In this document: positions 60,719 to 64,000 of the stretch, in pieces | Position numbering within the stretch: position 1 is the first letter of the stretch | Layout of the letters: each line of letters starts with the position of its first letter | Source: a bacterium | GTDB lineage: Bacteria; SZUA-182; DTGQ01 | DNA: 64,000 bases | Direction of reading: 5' to 3' | Assembly (NCBI GenBank): GCA_040752695.1 | Contig: JBFMGO010000008.1 | Location: 26,184-90,183 of the forward strand | Translations under genes and position numbers: made by a program | Notes under the pieces: model-generated | Told to the model about the DNA's origin: nothing | Databases searched by the model: none | What the model saw: only the letters and a program-made list of their open reading frames with translations

Positions 60719-60942
60719 ATCTGGTGTATCCGGATCATTTCGAACTGGTGGATGTCAAGGCCAGAGGCGAAGTGCAGGAGAAAATCAGTAAAAAGACCGG
60801 GCGGAAATACAAGACGCAGTGGAGCAGCAAATGGGACGATGCGGCCGTAAAGATTAAGTGCGCGACGGAACGCTTCCCCTATTTGCGCTGGGCGTATTAC
60901 TTCCGGGAGGCTGACGGACGCTGGACTCGGGAGGATGTATAA
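60719..60942 (+). pseudogene. C-terminal fragment of a DUF1064-like phage PD-(D/E)xK protein
   Basis: ELVDVK...WDDAAVKIKCATERFP resembles DUF1064 (EVKG..DDARVKIK.A...P); the N-terminus is apparently replaced by the IS relic. Confidence 0.45.
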
Positions 60943-61031
60943 AGGTAATCGAAGAAAACGTTAAAATAGAATTATTTTTTAACTTTAGTTAGAAGTTAGT
61001 CAGACGTTTTCATCTTTGTGGAAGGATAGTA

Positions 61032-61084
61032 AAAACGAACGTTTATTTTTGTGGTGTGGTTAGAAGAAATATAATTTCTTCTAA
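61032..61084. repeat. 53-bp direct repeat, copy 1 (res/operator-like, TTAGAAGAAA-N5-TTTCTTCTAA)
   Basis: 42/53 identical to 63355-63407, same length, perfect 10-bp palindromic arms. Confidence 0.85.
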
Positions 61085-61299
61085 TTGGCATCTTATTGCG
61101 GTTCATAATTCAAATATTGAGGTTACCTTGCTTGGAAATAGTAAGAAAGTCCTTTTGGTATAACTATCGGCTACTGTCCCCGACAGCAAAGGATATGCCA
61201 ATTATCCTTGCAATAATGTTTGAACTTATTGAACATTAAGCATAAAGCCCATTACATTCTTTGCTGTCGATCGCTATAGTTAAGGAAGGGGTTCGCATT

Positions 61300-61926
61300 T
61301 CACTTACAGATCAATGATGAACCTCTCCCAATATATTCCCATATGCTGTGGTCGAGGTAAGCGCGTGGAATCCTCATTATATCTGCAGTCGAATTAATAA
61401 TTGACTTAGCCTCATGGTAATCAGATGTCTCGATACCAGCCTTTTTCAGGAAATCAAAGAGACGACGGTCTATTGCGCAAGTCTGAATTCCCGTCAGAAT
61501 CTTAAAGTAGTCAATGGTCTTAGGGCCAATTCCTTGTATCGTATCGAGTTTCATCAAGTTCCTGTCGTTCATCAACCAGTTTTTCAGGTCCTCCTCGGAG
61601 TCAATTCCTTCCGAAGAAAAAAGGTTGACAATATCTTGAAAGCGTTTCGCGCGATCCATTCCTCTCCAATTCAAGAAGTCATTAACTGTTTGCTCTGACA
61701 ACAACTTCCTTAGTCCTGTAATGGTCGCTGCTTTAGGAAAAATGTTCCTTATTCGAGTTACGCGGGGACGTACATGGGTTTCATAGTGCATATTGGCCTG
61801 CAAGACAGCATCTGCAATAGTTGCACCTATGTGTTGATAGTTTCCACCAATTTCATCAACGACAGTAAAGTCTGTCAAGCACCGGATAAACACTGCCAAC
61901 TTAGATGCCTTATCCTCTATTGCCAT
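61300..61926 (-). CDS. Helix-hairpin-helix (HhH-GPD glycosylase-like) protein
   Basis: LDTIQGIGPKTIDYF HhH motif followed by AIDRR (catalytic Asp position); LDHSIW; AAGGAG RBS. Confidence 0.75.
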   Translation of the reverse strand: MAIEDKASKLAVFIRCLTDFTVVDEIGGNYQHIGATIADAVLQANMHYETHVRPRVTRIRNIFPKAATITGLRKLLSEQTVNDFLNWRGMDRAKRFQDIVNLFSSEGIDSEEDLKNWLMNDRNLMKLDTIQGIGPKTIDYFKILTGIQTCAIDRRLFDFLKKAGIETSDYHEAKSIINSTADIMRIPRAYLDHSIWEYIGRGSSLICK

Positions 61927-61975
61927 GCCTTATCTCCTTTAAATATTAGAAAGAAAAAAAAGTATGAATACCACG

Positions 61976-62533
61976 CTATAATGATAGTTGTACTTGTTTT
62001 GGACTTGATATCTCTTTAATAACATTAGAATAAGCAATTTTTTTATCGATCTTAGCTAAACTATCATGCGCGCATAAGGACAAAATTTTTTGTAAATCTT
62101 CTGTGCTAGAAATAGTATAAAAATCTTTTTTAGGAGAAAAGTAAATCAACAGTTCTTTATTTTTCTTTATTAAATTCAAAATGTTATTTAAAGTCCCTGC
62201 GCTCTTTCCATCCCAAAGCATAAATCCATAATCGGCATCTACTGCCATTCTATCATCTTTGACCATATAAAACTTCAGACCATGTGCGCCAACAGGTGTC
62301 TCTACTTTGGTAGTTTTCCAACTGCCAAGATTATTTCTACATGTTTCTCCTGAACAATAAACCACTAACGAATTATATTTGTTTTCTAAAAAATATTTTT
62401 GAACAGCTTTATCTGCACCATTAGCATCCCCTATTAAGACATCGAACCCTTGTTTAACTATGTTATGTAACCTTTTTCGTATTTTATCATTTAGTCTATT
62501 TATATTTCTTGAACCACCAATAAAAACTTTCAT
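61976..62533 (-). CDS. SLOG/DprA-like (YspA-like) nucleotide-binding protein
   Basis: MKVFIGGSR, GDANGAD, KD..M..DADYG...WDGKSAGT. Confidence 0.75.
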   Translation of the reverse strand: MKVFIGGSRNINRLNDKIRKRLHNIVKQGFDVLIGDANGADKAVQKYFLENKYNSLVVYCSGETCRNNLGSWKTTKVETPVGAHGLKFYMVKDDRMAVDADYGFMLWDGKSAGTLNNILNLIKKNKELLIYFSPKKDFYTISSTEDLQKILSLCAHDSLAKIDKKIAYSNVIKEISSPKQVQLSL

Positions 62534-63112
62534 TTAGCATCGGCTCCTCGTTTTAGTTAGGGCTATAACATAGACGTTTTTGACCCTTGCTTTGTTGTAT
62601 AAAATTGATGTTATTACCTTCAGCGTCGTACCAGACCTATAAAGATCATCTATAACTAATACATTCATTCCAGAAAAGTTATAATTTTTGTTGATCTCAA
62701 ATGCATCAGCTAAAATTCGCTCTCTTTCAGATAGATCTTCTATTTCTTTCAACTGGGGAGTCGATTTGGTTTTTAATATGGCGTCTTGAAAGAACGGCAC
62801 TCTGGTTTCCTTGCTTAATTCATGACCCACCACAAATACAGGCTGCAATTGCCGGTTGATATTTGATGGCGGGACAGGAATGATGCAACCCGCCTTTTGT
62901 ATTCCTTTAATTTCCAGTATGTAATTAATAATATCCGGAATAACCGTCAAGTCAGATCGATACTTCAGCCTATATACAAGCTCGCCAATTTTAGTACGAG
63001 TGGTATCGAAACGATCTCTACCTGTTTCATCAACTCCGAGATATTCACTACTTTGAGTGTGTAGATCTAAGGCGTATCCTTTTTTCCAGTTACCGTGAAT
63101 TTCAATTGCCAC
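62534..63112 (-). CDS. ComF-like phosphoribosyltransferase
   Basis: IIPVPPS, PRPP-binding VLVIDDLYRSGTTL, GELVYRLKY; likely GTG start at 63112; stop abuts the next ATG. Confidence 0.85.
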   Translation of the reverse strand: MAIEIHGNWKKGYALDLHTQSSEYLGVDETGRDRFDTTRTKIGELVYRLKYRSDLTVIPDIINYILEIKGIQKAGCIIPVPPSNINRQLQPVFVVGHELSKETRVPFFQDAILKTKSTPQLKEIEDLSERERILADAFEINKNYNFSGMNVLVIDDLYRSGTTLKVITSILYNKARVKNVYVIALTKTRSRC

Positions 63113-63354
63113 CGCATCTTCCTCATCTATACGGTATTTAAGACCTGGGATATTATAATTTAACCTTTTCCAATAGAGGTAAAGGCACAACTTTCGCCTG
63201 CTCTTAATATTAACCCGATCTTAATCAGTAGTCAAAATATATATTAAAAATTCATTGTAAAGTACATTGAAAGGCAAAAATTGTATTATTATCTATTATA
63301 GTAAATCCGCATGAATATTCGTGATATCCTCCTTTCATGAGGTGCAATTCGAAG

Positions 63355-63407
63355 AAAACGATCGTTTATTTTTACGTTAGGATTAGAAGAAAAGGACTTT
63401 CTTCTAA
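63355..63407. repeat. 53-bp direct repeat, copy 2
   Basis: See copy 1. Confidence 0.85.
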
Positions 63408-63549
63408 CCAGGATATTCATAAACCTCGCCAAAAGTAAGATTTATAACATTATTTCAAGATGTTAGGCCTAAGCCACTTTAAAACAAAGTCTTTTCCGTG
63501 ATCGCAATAATCACAAGGCATGTAGGGACTTTATGAATAATCCGGGCTA
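63405..63549. mobile_element. MITE-like element (~145 bp) with imperfect terminal inverted repeats
   Basis: Left TAACCAGGA-TATTCATAAA versus right reverse complement TAGCCCGGATTATTCATAAA; both ends are TA. Confidence 0.5.
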
Positions 63550-63719
63550 AAAATGTGCAATTTTACCCATCTTGGATCGGGCATGCACTCTTGAACGTGC
63601 AGAGCCTTTGGACGGAGATTTCGGCAATGGCGGATGAGTTCTAGGCTCACTCACATCTCGGCGAGCCATCACCTGATGCGCGGCACAGCCGTTGACAATC
63701 CGCCGGATGCCACAACTCA

Positions 63720-64000
63720 TCACCGCGTCATCAGCGCGAACACACCCCAGCCCAGGTATTCACGCGTGTACGCGGCGTAGCGCTCGGGTTCCGAGGTCAG
63801 TTCGGCTCGAACATCTTTCGCTAACTCGTCGTCGGGATTGGCTTCAAGCCATCGGCGCATGGTGAGCCATTTGGCCGCCTCGTATCTGTCCCAGCCGTCT
63901 TGGTCTGCCAAAACCATTTCCACGACGTCGTAGTCAAGGTGGCCGAAAGACGCGAGAAGTTCTGGAAGCGTGAGAAAGTCGGAGATTGAGCCGGCACCAC
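63720..64000 (-). CDS. YjhP-like class I SAM methyltransferase (C-terminal part; runs off window)
   Basis: Frame is open to the window edge (…SISDFLTLPELLASF.HLDYDVVEMVLADQDGWDRYEAAKWLTMRRWL…GWGVFAL), matching the YjhP C-terminus. Confidence 0.8.
   Translation of the reverse strand, partial: GAGSISDFLTLPELLASFGHLDYDVVEMVLADQDGWDRYEAAKWLTMRRWLEANPDDELAKDVRAELTSEPERYAAYTREYLGWGVFALMTR

Noticed and set aside
62534..63112. Housekeeping competence gene comF
   Set aside because: Lacks the N-terminal zinc ribbon, is AT-rich, and lies in a mobile context paired with a SLOG gene.

Overview
64 kb of a bacterial chromosome, probably from a diderm anaerobe resembling Desulfobacterota (SmsCB Fe-S system, Desulfobacterota-type pyruvate carboxylase and short PurH, multiheme cytochrome). 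(1) 1-16.6 kb: the edge of a probable type VI secretion locus. It has a truncated TssJ-like lipoprotein at the window edge, a stand-alone TagH/Fha-C-like protein, a 733-aa Cys-rich pseudokinase-like protein with three ETVx[IL]S motifs, and a double-FHA protein. Divergent from these is a PP2C / trypsin protease / Ser-Thr kinase / Trx-TPR-CsgG / CsgG operon, which converges on a beta-barrel / CsgG-TPR / PQQ-propeller surface-protein operon. (2) 16.7-56.4 kb: mostly housekeeping and transport genes (csp, GDT1, DUF296, smsCB, usp, tonB, NitT/TauT ABC, efp-epmA, ilvE, TolC-MacAB-type exporter, two tandem hybrid kinases, MrfA-MrfB fusion, pyc-birA, Uma2, YbaK, purH). (3) 56.6-59.4 kb: an 18-heme cytochrome c plus a beta-barrel (porin-cytochrome pair). 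(4) 59.6-64 kb: a decayed mobile region with a broken transposase, a phage-like nuclease fragment, and an AT-rich PRTase / SLOG / HhH three-gene cassette (candidate defence system). The cassette is bracketed by two 53-bp direct repeats carrying a perfect palindrome. Short local tandem duplications are unusually common throughout the window, in linkers and at gene ends. No rRNA, tRNA or CRISPR array was seen. All family assignments come from motif recognition by eye, not from database searches.
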